From a virus (taxonomy: Duplodnaviria; Caudoviricetes), in IMG/VR virus record IMGVR_UViG_3300025401_000012: a DNA stretch of 64,000 nucleotides, one strand, 5' to 3'. The position numbers and the translations under genes were made by a program. Position 1 is the stretch's first letter. Each line of letters starts with the position of its first letter. Below are positions 48,675 to 57,411 of this stretch, one piece after another. The notes beneath the pieces were generated by a model. It ran no database searches. It worked only from the letters and a program-made list of their open reading frames with translations, and had not been told where the DNA came from.

Positions 48675-50189
48675 TTAGTACCCTAGCATAAGGGTATAAA
48701 TGACTGATAGATCTTGACCATCGGATGCTTGAATTGTACTATTTGTTGCACCTACCCATGGCATCCATCCATAGATATTAGAGTAAACCTCACCAGTAGA
48801 ATTAGTGGGATTGTATCTAATATCACCTTGAACTGGTGTTGTATTTGCCGAAGCCACAGGCATAACTAATCCGTTAGTTCCAGTAAATGTGTAATGTCCA
48901 AAACCAGAAGATATGAATTGAAATGCAGATCCTGTTGTATTGTTAACAACAGCAGAATTACTAAGTGTTAGTGAATTGTCTAAATTAATAAGACCAGTGC
49001 CGTTTGCTGTAAATGTTAAGCTACCGTTTGTGTTATTATTTTGTATAGAATTAGTAGTAATAGCAACATTGCCGCCCAGTAGTTTAACTGTGGTCAACGC
49101 ATTATTTGTAATAGTAGTAGTTACAGTACCTCCTACTCCAAATCTTAGTGTGTTATCTGCAGCGCCAGGTGTTAATTCTCCGGTAATATATGTTAGCTGA
49201 TTTTGACTATACAAGTTGTAAAAATCAACATAGCCTGTATTGCTATAGCCTTCTATATTATTAGTTAAATCGTTATATCTTATCTCCCCATTTGCAGATA
49301 ATACTCTTGTTGTATCGTCACCTATGGGCAATATTACACTAGTTGTAGAATTTACTTGTACATTACCAGTGCCATTGGGTGTAAAAATAATACTTTTTTG
49401 TGCGTTTGTAGTGGCAGCTGGCCAAATATTAGTAATATTATTATTAGCAAAATTTAAATATTCAACATTAACTGTTCCAATACCGTTAGCTGTATAATTT
49501 ACAGTCCCATTGGTAACCGTTCCTGCAATTGTATTTCCAGAAATAGTAAAGTCAGGAAGTACAAAATTACTAGTCGCATTCTTAACATAGATATTTTTCC
49601 AATTTAATAATGCACTACCTAAATTATCTGTCAATGTAGCACTGGGCAAAATGTCACTATTGACTTCAGCATCGAATGTAATAGTATCTGTGGGAGCATT
49701 ACCTAATGTTATATTCCCATCCCATGTGATGTTTCCAGTAGCATGTAAATTGCCAGATATAGTAGTATTATTGTTTAAATTAATAGCACCAGTGCCATTG
49801 GCTGTGATATAAATGCTATCGTTAGTAACTGTATCGCTAATAGTGTTTGTGTACAGATATAAATTTGCTGTACTTAAACCTGGAGTTATTATTGTAGGAT
49901 TGTTACTTTGATTAGGTTGTATTGTAATACTGCTAATCGGATTTTGTATCTGATTAGTTGACACTGATATATTCGAGCCAAGATTAGCCAGTGTGGTTAC
50001 ATTTAAATTAATAGTATTTGTTGTACTATTAACAAACAAATCATTATTTGGACTACTAGAGTTAATACCAATTCGGTTATTAACTACATCAAAATACAAT
50101 AATTGAGTTTCAAAGGCAAGATTATTACCGTTACGTAGGAGATTATCTGACAGTAACGGGCCACTTATTCTACCAAGTTCTCGCCCCAT
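48675..50189 (-). CDS. Tail-fibre-like protein, paralog of 47048-48556
   Basis: Same N-terminus, same ITLG....DTITFD.EVNSDI.PS block and same shaft repeats. Confidence 0.7.
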   Translation of the reverse strand: MGRELGRISGPLLSDNLLRNGNNLAFETQLLYFDVVNNRIGINSSSPNNDLFVNSTTNTINLNVTTLANLGSNISVSTNQIQNPISSITIQPNQSNNPTIITPGLSTANLYLYTNTISDTVTNDSIYITANGTGAINLNNNTTISGNLHATGNITWDGNITLGNAPTDTITFDAEVNSDILPSATLTDNLGSALLNWKNIYVKNATSNFVLPDFTISGNTIAGTVTNGTVNYTANGIGTVNVEYLNFANNNITNIWPAATTNAQKSIIFTPNGTGNVQVNSTTSVILPIGDDTTRVLSANGEIRYNDLTNNIEGYSNTGYVDFYNLYSQNQLTYITGELTPGAADNTLRFGVGGTVTTTITNNALTTVKLLGGNVAITTNSIQNNNTNGSLTFTANGTGLINLDNSLTLSNSAVVNNTTGSAFQFISSGFGHYTFTGTNGLVMPVASANTTPVQGDIRYNPTNSTGEVYSNIYGWMPWVGATNSTIQASDGQDLSVIYTLMLGY

Positions 50190-50205
50190 ATGTGTCTCCT
50201 AATAA

Positions 50206-51285
50206 TTACTGATCAAAACCAATTAGTGCTACTACAACTTTTCCGTAAGGTACTGGAGTACTAAATTTCAAATAATAACCAGATCCTGATTGAGAACCTT
50301 CAGCGATAGTGATAGCTGTATTCACAGGTATAGAACCAGTAGGAGCATGATTCTGAGAAATACTAACCAATGCTCCAGTATTGGGATCAGTTATTGCAAC
50401 ACCAGTAAGAAGTGCTCCACTATAGATATTAGATCCGCTAACAGTTGCGCCAGTAAGAGGTACAGCTGGAAATACAGCCGGAGTGCTACCGCTTGCAGTA
50501 ACTGATCCTCCGTTTTGATAAGTTCCTGGATTAGTTGTTAATGCGTAAGTAACTGTAGTTGCTGTTGATCCAGTAACTGTAAATACTCCGTTAAACGCAC
50601 TAGGAGTTTGTCCAGACGAAGCAATACCTGCAACTGTTATTGTTGCGCCAATTGCAAATCCAGGTTGTGTAGAAACAGTATTTGATACTGTAACCGTAGC
50701 AACATTACTAGTCCAACTTGCTGAGGTCACATTTAAACTTGTATTAAAATACAATATTGATGATCCTGTGCCAGCAGCTACACTAAGAGATCCAATATAT
50801 GTTTCGCCGGCAATACTAGGATTTTGAACAACTGTGTAGTTGATATTGTTTAATTGTAAAACATTTTCAACTACTACTAAAATATTCTGGCCGCCCCAAG
50901 CTGCATTGGTACTGTATTGTCCGACTGAACTTCCTGTACCTGTTTGTACAACGCTAGGAGGTCCTGGATTCAACGGCCCAAAGTATAAATTTAATCCGTC
51001 ACCTGCTCCTAAATTTTGTTGTGTAATACCTGTAGACTCTTTATAGCGCAATGCTCTCCACGTTGGACTTGCACCTTGATATACTTCTACTTCGTTGTTT
51101 GAAGTATTATAACGCATCATTCCAACAACTGGACTACTTGGAACAGTTCCAGTTGTTCCGTTTGGTAAAATAACACTACCAGTGTTAACTGGGGCTAATA
51201 CTACATTCGTGTCTGTATAATCCACATACACACTTGTGTGATTAGCTGTTCTACGATTAATAGTTTGACGTTTTAAATATCTCAT
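50206..51285 (-). CDS. Baseplate/fibre-associated structural protein with an inserted module
   Basis: LPNGTT...P..GMMRYNT knuckle; NILVVVENVLQL..NYTV; YLKFSTPVPYGK.V C-terminus; Ser/Thr insert at about 50490-50740. Confidence 0.6.
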   Translation of the reverse strand: MRYLKRQTINRRTANHTSVYVDYTDTNVVLAPVNTGSVILPNGTTGTVPSSPVVGMMRYNTSNNEVEVYQGASPTWRALRYKESTGITQQNLGAGDGLNLYFGPLNPGPPSVVQTGTGSSVGQYSTNAAWGGQNILVVVENVLQLNNINYTVVQNPSIAGETYIGSLSVAAGTGSSILYFNTSLNVTSASWTSNVATVTVSNTVSTQPGFAIGATITVAGIASSGQTPSAFNGVFTVTGSTATTVTYALTTNPGTYQNGGSVTASGSTPAVFPAVPLTGATVSGSNIYSGALLTGVAITDPNTGALVSISQNHAPTGSIPVNTAITIAEGSQSGSGYYLKFSTPVPYGKVVVALIGFDQ

Positions 51286-51638
51286 TATACTGCCAATGTG
51301 CTAATAACAATCGATACTGTTGACCCAGTACTAGCTACTGCTACCAATGTATCGTTATTACTCAATACTAATTTTTCTTGATCTAAACTTACAGTTTCGC
51401 CAGGTGGAATACTAAGTGCATTAACAATCATATTAGTTGCACTAGCAGATCCAACTGATCCTGCACTATTAGGAACAGCATACAATGTAACTGTTACTGT
51501 TGTGCTACCACTAGTATTACAAAGAATTATGCTGGTAATAGCATTACCTAATACAGGACTAGATGCTGTGCTTGTATAAACTGTATTATTTGATATTGGA
51601 CTTTGAAGTGTTTGTATTAGTGCCGCGGTTAATGCCAT
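51285..51638 (-). CDS. Small beta-sandwich fibre-associated protein
   Basis: TVYTS...AITSIILCNTS...VTVTLYAVP...IVNALSIPPGETVSLD.EKLVL.NND.L; ATG overlaps the next gene's start/stop junction. Confidence 0.65.
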   Translation of the reverse strand: MALTAALIQTLQSPISNNTVYTSTASSPVLGNAITSIILCNTSGSTTVTVTLYAVPNSAGSVGSASATNMIVNALSIPPGETVSLDQEKLVLSNNDTLVAVASTGSTVSIVISTLAV

Positions 51639-51647
51639 GATCTTTCC

Positions 51648-52688
51648 TTATAATAAAATACTTAGCGCAACTGCTCGACTTCTACTGACTAATTCGTCCG
51701 GTATTTGTGCGGCGCCAGCATTTGTAAAATACAATCCTGTTTTTCCTGGACCAATTGTAGATTTGCTATACAATGCGGTTGCAGAACTTGGGTAACTAGG
51801 ATTGCTTGTTTGATTGTCTAAATTTAAAACAGCATTAACTTCTACATTATTATTACTTGCTGTTAAAATTAAATTATTTGCACTTACATTAGAAATTGTG
51901 TCTTGATATAAATTTATATCATTTACAGTGACTCCTGCGGCACTGATAACAGCTTTAGTAACTTGACTAATTTGAAATACAATACTGCTGGCAAACGCTT
52001 CAATACTGCTAGTTGATGTAGAAATTGTACCAGTTGTTGGAAAATAAATTCTATCTACCGTTGCAACTCCACCTGTCGCTGCAACATATTTTGTTACAAA
52101 TCGTCTGTTAGGAATATAATTATTGTGGGTCGTTATAGTTTGGCCAGCCAATGGATCCATAGAATCTGCATAAGCTTCGCCTAATTGGCCACCAGTGGTG
52201 CCCGAATCGTTTCCAGTATTTACTAATGACAATGCATATCCTGTGTTTTGTAAATCAAACACAAAGTTAGTCGTACCTGAATTTGCTAAAGACGCTAGTT
52301 GTAATCCGCTTAACGTACCATCTGCTGTACGCATTACAAAAGTTCCAGCTACTGTACTAGAAGTTACTGGATTATAGTGATTAACTGTTTCATTAAATAA
52401 TAATTGAGCAGCACTATAATTTCCACGTTCAATTTCTATTCCCGAAACATAATTATTGGTACTACTGATACCATTACCAGTTTGTCCGTAATTAAGTTGA
52501 AGTATATTATCTTTGATTTCTGTATTAGTACTTTCTACATATGTAGTTGTACCCTTTACATCAAGATTACCGTATATAGTTACATTACCAATAGGTCCGA
52601 CACCAGCATTACTAGAATCTAGTATGATGTTTCCACCTGCGGTTACTTGTATTCTGTAGTCCCCGTTGACTTGAGTAATTCTTGACAT
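51648..52688 (-). CDS. Fibre-like structural protein
   Basis: GNLDVKGTTTYVES.N.EIKDNI..LN...G.EIERG motif common in T4-like fibres; C-terminal RSRAVALSILL. Confidence 0.6.
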   Translation of the reverse strand: MSRITQVNGDYRIQVTAGGNIILDSSNAGVGPIGNVTIYGNLDVKGTTTYVESTNTEIKDNILQLNYGQTGNGISSTNNYVSGIEIERGNYSAAQLLFNETVNHYNPVTSSTVAGTFVMRTADGTLSGLQLASLANSGTTNFVFDLQNTGYALSLVNTGNDSGTTGGQLGEAYADSMDPLAGQTITTHNNYIPNRRFVTKYVAATGGVATVDRIYFPTTGTISTSTSSIEAFASSIVFQISQVTKAVISAAGVTVNDINLYQDTISNVSANNLILTASNNNVEVNAVLNLDNQTSNPSYPSSATALYSKSTIGPGKTGLYFTNAGAAQIPDELVSRSRAVALSILL

Positions 52689-52709
52689 TTAAAATCCTAT
52701 AAGGTTAAT

Positions 52710-52727
52710 GGAGCCCCGAAGGGCTCC
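52710..52727 (-). terminator. C(UUCG)G hairpin after gene 52738; stabiliser or weak terminator
   Basis: Minus strand GGAGCCC-TTCG-GGGCTCC, with no U-tract following. Confidence 0.65.
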
Positions 52728-52737
52728 TACTTAACTA

Positions 52738-53724
52738 TTAGATGTTATCTAACTGTACTTGTGTTGCTACACCACCTGTGAAGTTCCAAACAACTTGAGT
52801 TTGTGTTGGGAATGTCCAAGGACCTGCACCAGAACGGATCAATGTTGCTTTACGATTAGTAAGTTTTTGAACCCAATATGTTCCTCCGCTAGTATCTGTA
52901 GCATTAATAGCCATTTGTCCAGCAGATGCAGGAGTTGTTGTTACTAATTTGCAGAATGTGCCAGGGTGTACATTAGAGTCTTGATTGATAACTCTAAAAC
53001 TACGTGAACCTTCTTGTTTAGCAATATCACTATATTGTCGAACTGTTGAACCAGTTGTAATAGCATAACATACAATACTTGGATAATCTGCATTTGTACT
53101 GTAACCACTTGTTACTTCAGCATCTAATGTAATTGTAGCTGCAGCAGTACCGCTTGATACTGTAATTGTTAATGGACTTTGAGCTGGAGCATAACCAGCG
53201 CCTGAATCAGTAAGTGTAACACCCAACATACCATATGTAACTGTTAATAATACTCCAGCACCTGTTGATCCTTGAGTTGTAGTTAATGTAGTAGCTTGTC
53301 CGCCAGTTGACCCGCCTGTAAATGATCCAGCACTTGCGCCTGTGCCTGTAAAATTAACTGTAGCAACATTGTTACCAGATAATGTAGCAACATAAGCTGT
53401 AGCTGTACCATAAGCAGTTGTAAATGTTAACAAGTCTCCTACGTGGTAAGTGCCAGTTTGAGTTCCGCTAACTGTAGCGGAAATTGCTTTACCTACAAAT
53501 GTACCAGTTGCAGTTGCAGCTGTAATACCTTCACTACCTGTCGGTGTTGGAAATGTTAAACCTGGAAATGCTGTTGTGTATGATCCAACATTACTAACTG
53601 TTACACCCAATTGATTAACACCTGTACCAGCTAGTTTAGCTGTTGGATCTACTGATCGACGAAATGAGCCAGTAACTCCGGCATTTCTGCCACCAAAATA
53701 TTTCTTATTTAAAGGACGTCCCAT
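52738..53724 (-). CDS. Putative high-copy virion (decoration/fibre) protein
   Basis: MGRPLNKKYFG start; Thr/Gly-rich beta content; own late promoter, strong AAGGAG RBS and 3' UUCG hairpin. Confidence 0.55.
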   Translation of the reverse strand: MGRPLNKKYFGGRNAGVTGSFRRSVDPTAKLAGTGVNQLGVTVSNVGSYTTAFPGLTFPTPTGSEGITAATATGTFVGKAISATVSGTQTGTYHVGDLLTFTTAYGTATAYVATLSGNNVATVNFTGTGASAGSFTGGSTGGQATTLTTTQGSTGAGVLLTVTYGMLGVTLTDSGAGYAPAQSPLTITVSSGTAAATITLDAEVTSGYSTNADYPSIVCYAITTGSTVRQYSDIAKQEGSRSFRVINQDSNVHPGTFCKLVTTTPASAGQMAINATDTSGGTYWVQKLTNRKATLIRSGAGPWTFPTQTQVVWNFTGGVATQVQLDNI

Positions 53725-53726
53725 TT

Positions 53727-53820
53727 TATTTTCTCCTTATGAAAACACGGCGTTCTAGGCCGTACGCGGTTGGATTTCCGCATAAAATCCACCCCATGTG
53801 GATCGTACTATGTATTTATG
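53727..53820 (-). promoter_or_regulatory. Late promoter plus structured, possibly switchable 5' leader
   Basis: CATAAATA at 53813-53820; stems GTACG/CGTAC, ATCCAC/GTGGAT, GCGG/CCGC; competing stems TGGATTT/AAATCCA and TACGGC/GCCGTG. Confidence 0.55.
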
Positions 53821-54403
53821 CGTAGGTAATTCTTAAGCTGGCTTGGTCAAGATAACAAATATCTCTATGCGGATATATTGGATTACTACTAAAACTTACT
53901 GCAACACCAAATGTAGGATTTGCTATATCAGCACTAGTAAGTCCTGTTGTTCCCCATAGGTCTGTAGAACTACCGTACACATTAAGATCCCCTACAGGGT
54001 GCAATGGTATAGTGAAATCTCCAGTATACATATCACTTTGTACTACGTTAACTCCGCTTGCATAATTATCGCCAATAAGTTGACCATTAAGTGTTAATTG
54101 TATTAATAAATCTTGTATTCTAGCTGAACGTTGTATATTGAGTTGAAGTTCTATGCCTGTTACAGGTTTACCTGTATTAGGAAATTTATATCCTGTACAC
54201 CACAATTGGCTTGTATTACTTAAAAACTTTTCCATCCATATTCCGCTGATTGTGTAAAGAGGTTTACTGCTAGTAGCGTACGATCCTGGAGCAATTGCTG
54301 TAGGATCAAATATCCAATCGATACTAGAATTTTGTGGAACTATAGTGTTAGGAACTGATACATTAGCAATAGTAGTTGGAAATAAAAATTGTGTAGTAGT
54401 CAT
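53816..54403 (-). CDS. Putative jelly-roll capsid-associated protein; start probably ATG 54403 rather than TTG 54418
   Basis: YGSSTDLWG.TG.T.ADI.NPTFGVAV motif; directly downstream of gp23; GTAAATA at 54408-54414. Confidence 0.5.
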   Translation of the reverse strand: MTTTQFLFPTTIANVSVPNTIVPQNSSIDWIFDPTAIAPGSYATSSKPLYTISGIWMEKFLSNTSQLWCTGYKFPNTGKPVTGIELQLNIQRSARIQDLLIQLTLNGQLIGDNYASGVNVVQSDMYTGDFTIPLHPVGDLNVYGSSTDLWGTTGLTSADIANPTFGVAVSFSSNPIYPHRDICYLDQASLRITYA

Positions 54404-54421
54404 ATTATATTTACCCAAACA

Positions 54422-54445
54422 AAAAGGACTCCGAAGAGTCCTTTT
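54422..54445 (-). terminator. Intrinsic terminator with UUCG tetraloop after the major capsid gene
   Basis: Minus strand AAAAGGACTC-TTCG-GAGTCCTTTTT. Confidence 0.9.
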
Positions 54446-54476
54446 GTTTTACTAATATTTCTATTAGGTTATCAAA

Positions 54477-55652
54477 TTAACTAAACTTAACGTTAGCTGA
54501 AGTGATTCCAACTAGACCTAAGTAGTCAGCTGCATTACCTAAAGAACTTGCTGTGTTTGACAACTCAACATAACCATAACGTGTCATGAATGAAACGACT
54601 GGTTCGAATGTTGATGGATCAAGAACAACACCACTGCTCATCAATGGAATGTATGGGCAATAGAAAGCAGGAGCATCAGATTCTGAAGCACCTTTGTATC
54701 CAATTAGGATACTTGCTGTATCTTGAGCGTAGCTGTTAACATAAATCTTCATAGCACCGTTCAATGTACCAACAAATTTAGTATTTGTTGGGGCTTCGAA
54801 TGTACCTTCTGTTGTACGAGCAAATGCGCTAGTAGTAGCAGATTGTAGAATTGTTAAAGCAAATGGTGATACAACAGCGTAGTTACCAGCACCACGACGT
54901 GTACGTTGAGCGATCAAGTTGCTTACGCGATTGATCTGAACTGCAAGAGCAGCATGCTCGTCACCGACGAATGTAGCTGTACCAGAAACTTGTGATTGAT
55001 CATAAGTTTGTGTAGCTGTACCAGCTAATGTTGTTAGAGATGCAATGATCTCTTGGTCAATTTCAGCTGTGATTTCTTGAGCCAATGCAGCCATAACTTC
55101 AGCTTCAACGTCAATACCTTGTTGGGCTTGTGCGTCTTGTGCTGACTCAAATGTCCAGCGAGCAGACAATTTACGAGTTTTAGCTTCAACTGTTTGTTTC
55201 AAAATTTGGATACTCATTCTGTTACCAGCTTGGCCTTCTAAAGTAGCTGTTGAAGCTGCTTTAGCTGCTGCATCACTAGTGTTACCAGAATAAGAAGCCG
55301 CAATCTTGAATGGGCTTAATGCCTCTTCACCGGCTAGCACGTTAGCACCAGCAGATGTATCAGCATAACGCACACGCAAAGTGTGAATTTGACCGACTGG
55401 ACCAGTCATAGGTTGTACACCAACTAGTTCATTAGCAATGACTGTAGGCATAACGCGGCGGATTACTGGAAGAATCACGCGATTTAATGTTGCAACGTTA
55501 CCAGCAGAAGTAGCACCAGCAGTTGGACTTTCCATCAAATACTTGCGAGTATTCTCAAGGGTTACACCCATTACTGATTTTTTAGTGCCTTGTAAGCCTT
55601 CTAATAGGGCTTCCTTAGTTTCTGCCCAACGTCCGTTTAATAGTTCTGACAT
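54477..55652 (-). CDS. gp23: Major capsid protein
   Basis: LPVIRRVMPT.IANELVGVQPMTGP.GQI..LR..Y, KQTVEAKTRKL.A.WT.E.AQD.....G.D.EAE....L..EI..EID.EII, AFYCPY.PL, FMTRYG. Confidence 0.97.
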   Translation of the reverse strand: MSELLNGRWAETKEALLEGLQGTKKSVMGVTLENTRKYLMESPTAGATSAGNVATLNRVILPVIRRVMPTVIANELVGVQPMTGPVGQIHTLRVRYADTSAGANVLAGEEALSPFKIAASYSGNTSDAAAKAASTATLEGQAGNRMSIQILKQTVEAKTRKLSARWTFESAQDAQAQQGIDVEAEVMAALAQEITAEIDQEIIASLTTLAGTATQTYDQSQVSGTATFVGDEHAALAVQINRVSNLIAQRTRRGAGNYAVVSPFALTILQSATTSAFARTTEGTFEAPTNTKFVGTLNGAMKIYVNSYAQDTASILIGYKGASESDAPAFYCPYIPLMSSGVVLDPSTFEPVVSFMTRYGYVELSNTASSLGNAADYLGLVGITSANVKFS

Positions 55653-55663
55653 TTAAATTCTCC

Positions 55664-56755
55664 TTAAATTTTTAGTCCAGCAAGTTTACGGATATCATAG
55701 ATATCAGCTGACCCGCTGCTATTTGTGGTGTTGGAAATCTTATTTCCGGTTATTTCTTTAGCCTCTACTAGTGCCTGTTTCTTCTGCGGAGCCTTACCAT
55801 TAATTACTGATGGCAAGTACTTTTCAAAACTTTCGTTTAGACGTTCTGTTTTCACAGTCTCCATTAACTCTTTCATGATTTCACGTTGCTCACTGTTAAG
55901 TGGAGCAAGTAACTCACTCATGATTTCTTTTCTTGTTTGACTCTCTTTAAGAGTACGGATTTGAGCTTCTTTACTTTCTAAAATTTGTTCTGCTTTGATA
56001 ACAGCCTGAGCTGCTTCTTGCATTGCTTGATCTTTCAAGTCTATGACTTTGAGTAATTTTGCTGTTTCCGATTTTTCATTTAGGTAAGACGCTTGGTATT
56101 CTGTAGCAAAAGCTTCGAATAATTTGCGACCAAAATCTGCACGGCGAGCTGCTTCGATATCTTCTTTCAATGCGTGAATTTCAGAATTTAAATTCTGAGT
56201 CACTACTGATTCGACCATCTGAGCTGCACGTTGTACAAACTGTTGTTTTACCTTCTTGATTTCTTCACGACCTTCGCGAACTAAGCGTACCTTAGTTTCA
56301 GCTAGATCCTTTTTATCTTGTGTAAATTCTGTGATTTCTTGAGCTAGAGCCTCAACTACAAATTGTTCTAATTTGCCAAATTTACTTGCCATTGCTACTT
56401 GATCTTCGTGTAATTCACGAACTTCTGAAGCTAGTTGACGAGTAACAAATTCCTTCATTACTCCAGCCATCTTCTTACGTTCTTGTACTAGCTTAACTTT
56501 CATTTCAGCTAATTGTTTACGATCATCTGCAAATTCGACAATCTCAGCAGCTAGTTGTTCTGAGATCATGCGATCTACAGCTTCAACCATTGTGTTCTTA
56601 TCGTGTTCGTATTTTTGTGCGAATTCTTCGCGTAGTTGTTGAGCAGCAACTTCTTTAGCTTCGTTAATCTTAGCTGCAAATGCTGACTCAATTGACTCTT
56701 TGATCTCTTCAGAAATCACATTATTTTCAAATAAACTTTTTAGTGCATCCAACAT
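55664..56755 (-). CDS. gp22: Prohead core scaffolding protein
   Basis: Charged coiled-coil protein between gp21 and gp23; many (I/L/V)-x-E sites; GRK.FEAF..E motif. Confidence 0.85.
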   Translation of the reverse strand: MLDALKSLFENNVISEEIKESIESAFAAKINEAKEVAAQQLREEFAQKYEHDKNTMVEAVDRMISEQLAAEIVEFADDRKQLAEMKVKLVQERKKMAGVMKEFVTRQLASEVRELHEDQVAMASKFGKLEQFVVEALAQEITEFTQDKKDLAETKVRLVREGREEIKKVKQQFVQRAAQMVESVVTQNLNSEIHALKEDIEAARRADFGRKLFEAFATEYQASYLNEKSETAKLLKVIDLKDQAMQEAAQAVIKAEQILESKEAQIRTLKESQTRKEIMSELLAPLNSEQREIMKELMETVKTERLNESFEKYLPSVINGKAPQKKQALVEAKEITGNKISNTTNSSGSADIYDIRKLAGLKI

Positions 56756-56768
56756 GTGATTCTCCTTA

Positions 56769-57404
56769 TTATTGGAGTTTGTTTATTATTGCTAATAAAC
56801 TCTCTTTGAGATATTTCTGTGCTTTAGGATCGCCTTTCACCTCTTGCGCTATACGTAAGGCATTTAATCCGCCCTTATTATTCATAAGATGTTCATAAAT
56901 TGGTGTAGGATATGCTCCAGGAGCACTAGGTTGAGCTACCATATCTACTGTGATAATCTCAAAATCTGATACTTCACCGGATCCGTCATCTCTGACGTTT
57001 CCGGATCCGCGACTTGAAACACCTAACTTTACTCCGCTTTCTAGCATTGTACGAATTAGTTGTCCCATTGGTGTTGGAAGTATTTTCAACTTCCCGTAAC
57101 CGTTTGGACCGTCCATCCACATATTAACTATCATATGGCTGACACGGTCCAGGTTAATTTTTAGATCATCTGGATGATCCACTTCTCCGAGAACTGAATA
57201 ACCGTTTTGAATCTGATCGTTAAGGGTCTTAACAGCCTTGCCAATTTCATTAACAGGATAAACACGCTGGTTAGCGTTACGTATACCGCCTTGGATACAA
57301 ATCCCAGACATGTATAAGTTTTTTCCTTCTTTGTCATCAGATTCAACGATCATTTTTGCTTCGTTGAAACTGAGATTCTCTCGGAGGTATAACATATTTT
57401 TCAA
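56769..57404 (-). CDS. gp21: Prohead protease
   Basis: GI.IQG...NAN.RVYP, GEVDHP, INLDRVSH.I, GKLKIL.TPMG......L..GVKLGVSSRGSG, D.VA.PSAP.AY. Confidence 0.95.
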   Translation of the reverse strand: MKNMLYLRENLSFNEAKMIVESDDKEGKNLYMSGICIQGGIRNANQRVYPVNEIGKAVKTLNDQIQNGYSVLGEVDHPDDLKINLDRVSHMIVNMWMDGPNGYGKLKILPTPMGQLIRTMLESGVKLGVSSRGSGNVRDDGSGEVSDFEIITVDMVAQPSAPGAYPTPIYEHLMNNKGGLNALRIAQEVKGDPKAQKYLKESLLAIINKLQ

Positions 57405-57411
57405 TTAGTTA

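Noticed and set aside
53727-53812. Assignment of the leader as a purine-family riboswitch or a hammerhead ribozyme
   Set aside because: Topology is reminiscent, but the purine core (UAUA, AUAUGG, GUUUCUAC, CCGUAAA) and the hammerhead core (CUGAnGA, GAAA) are absent.
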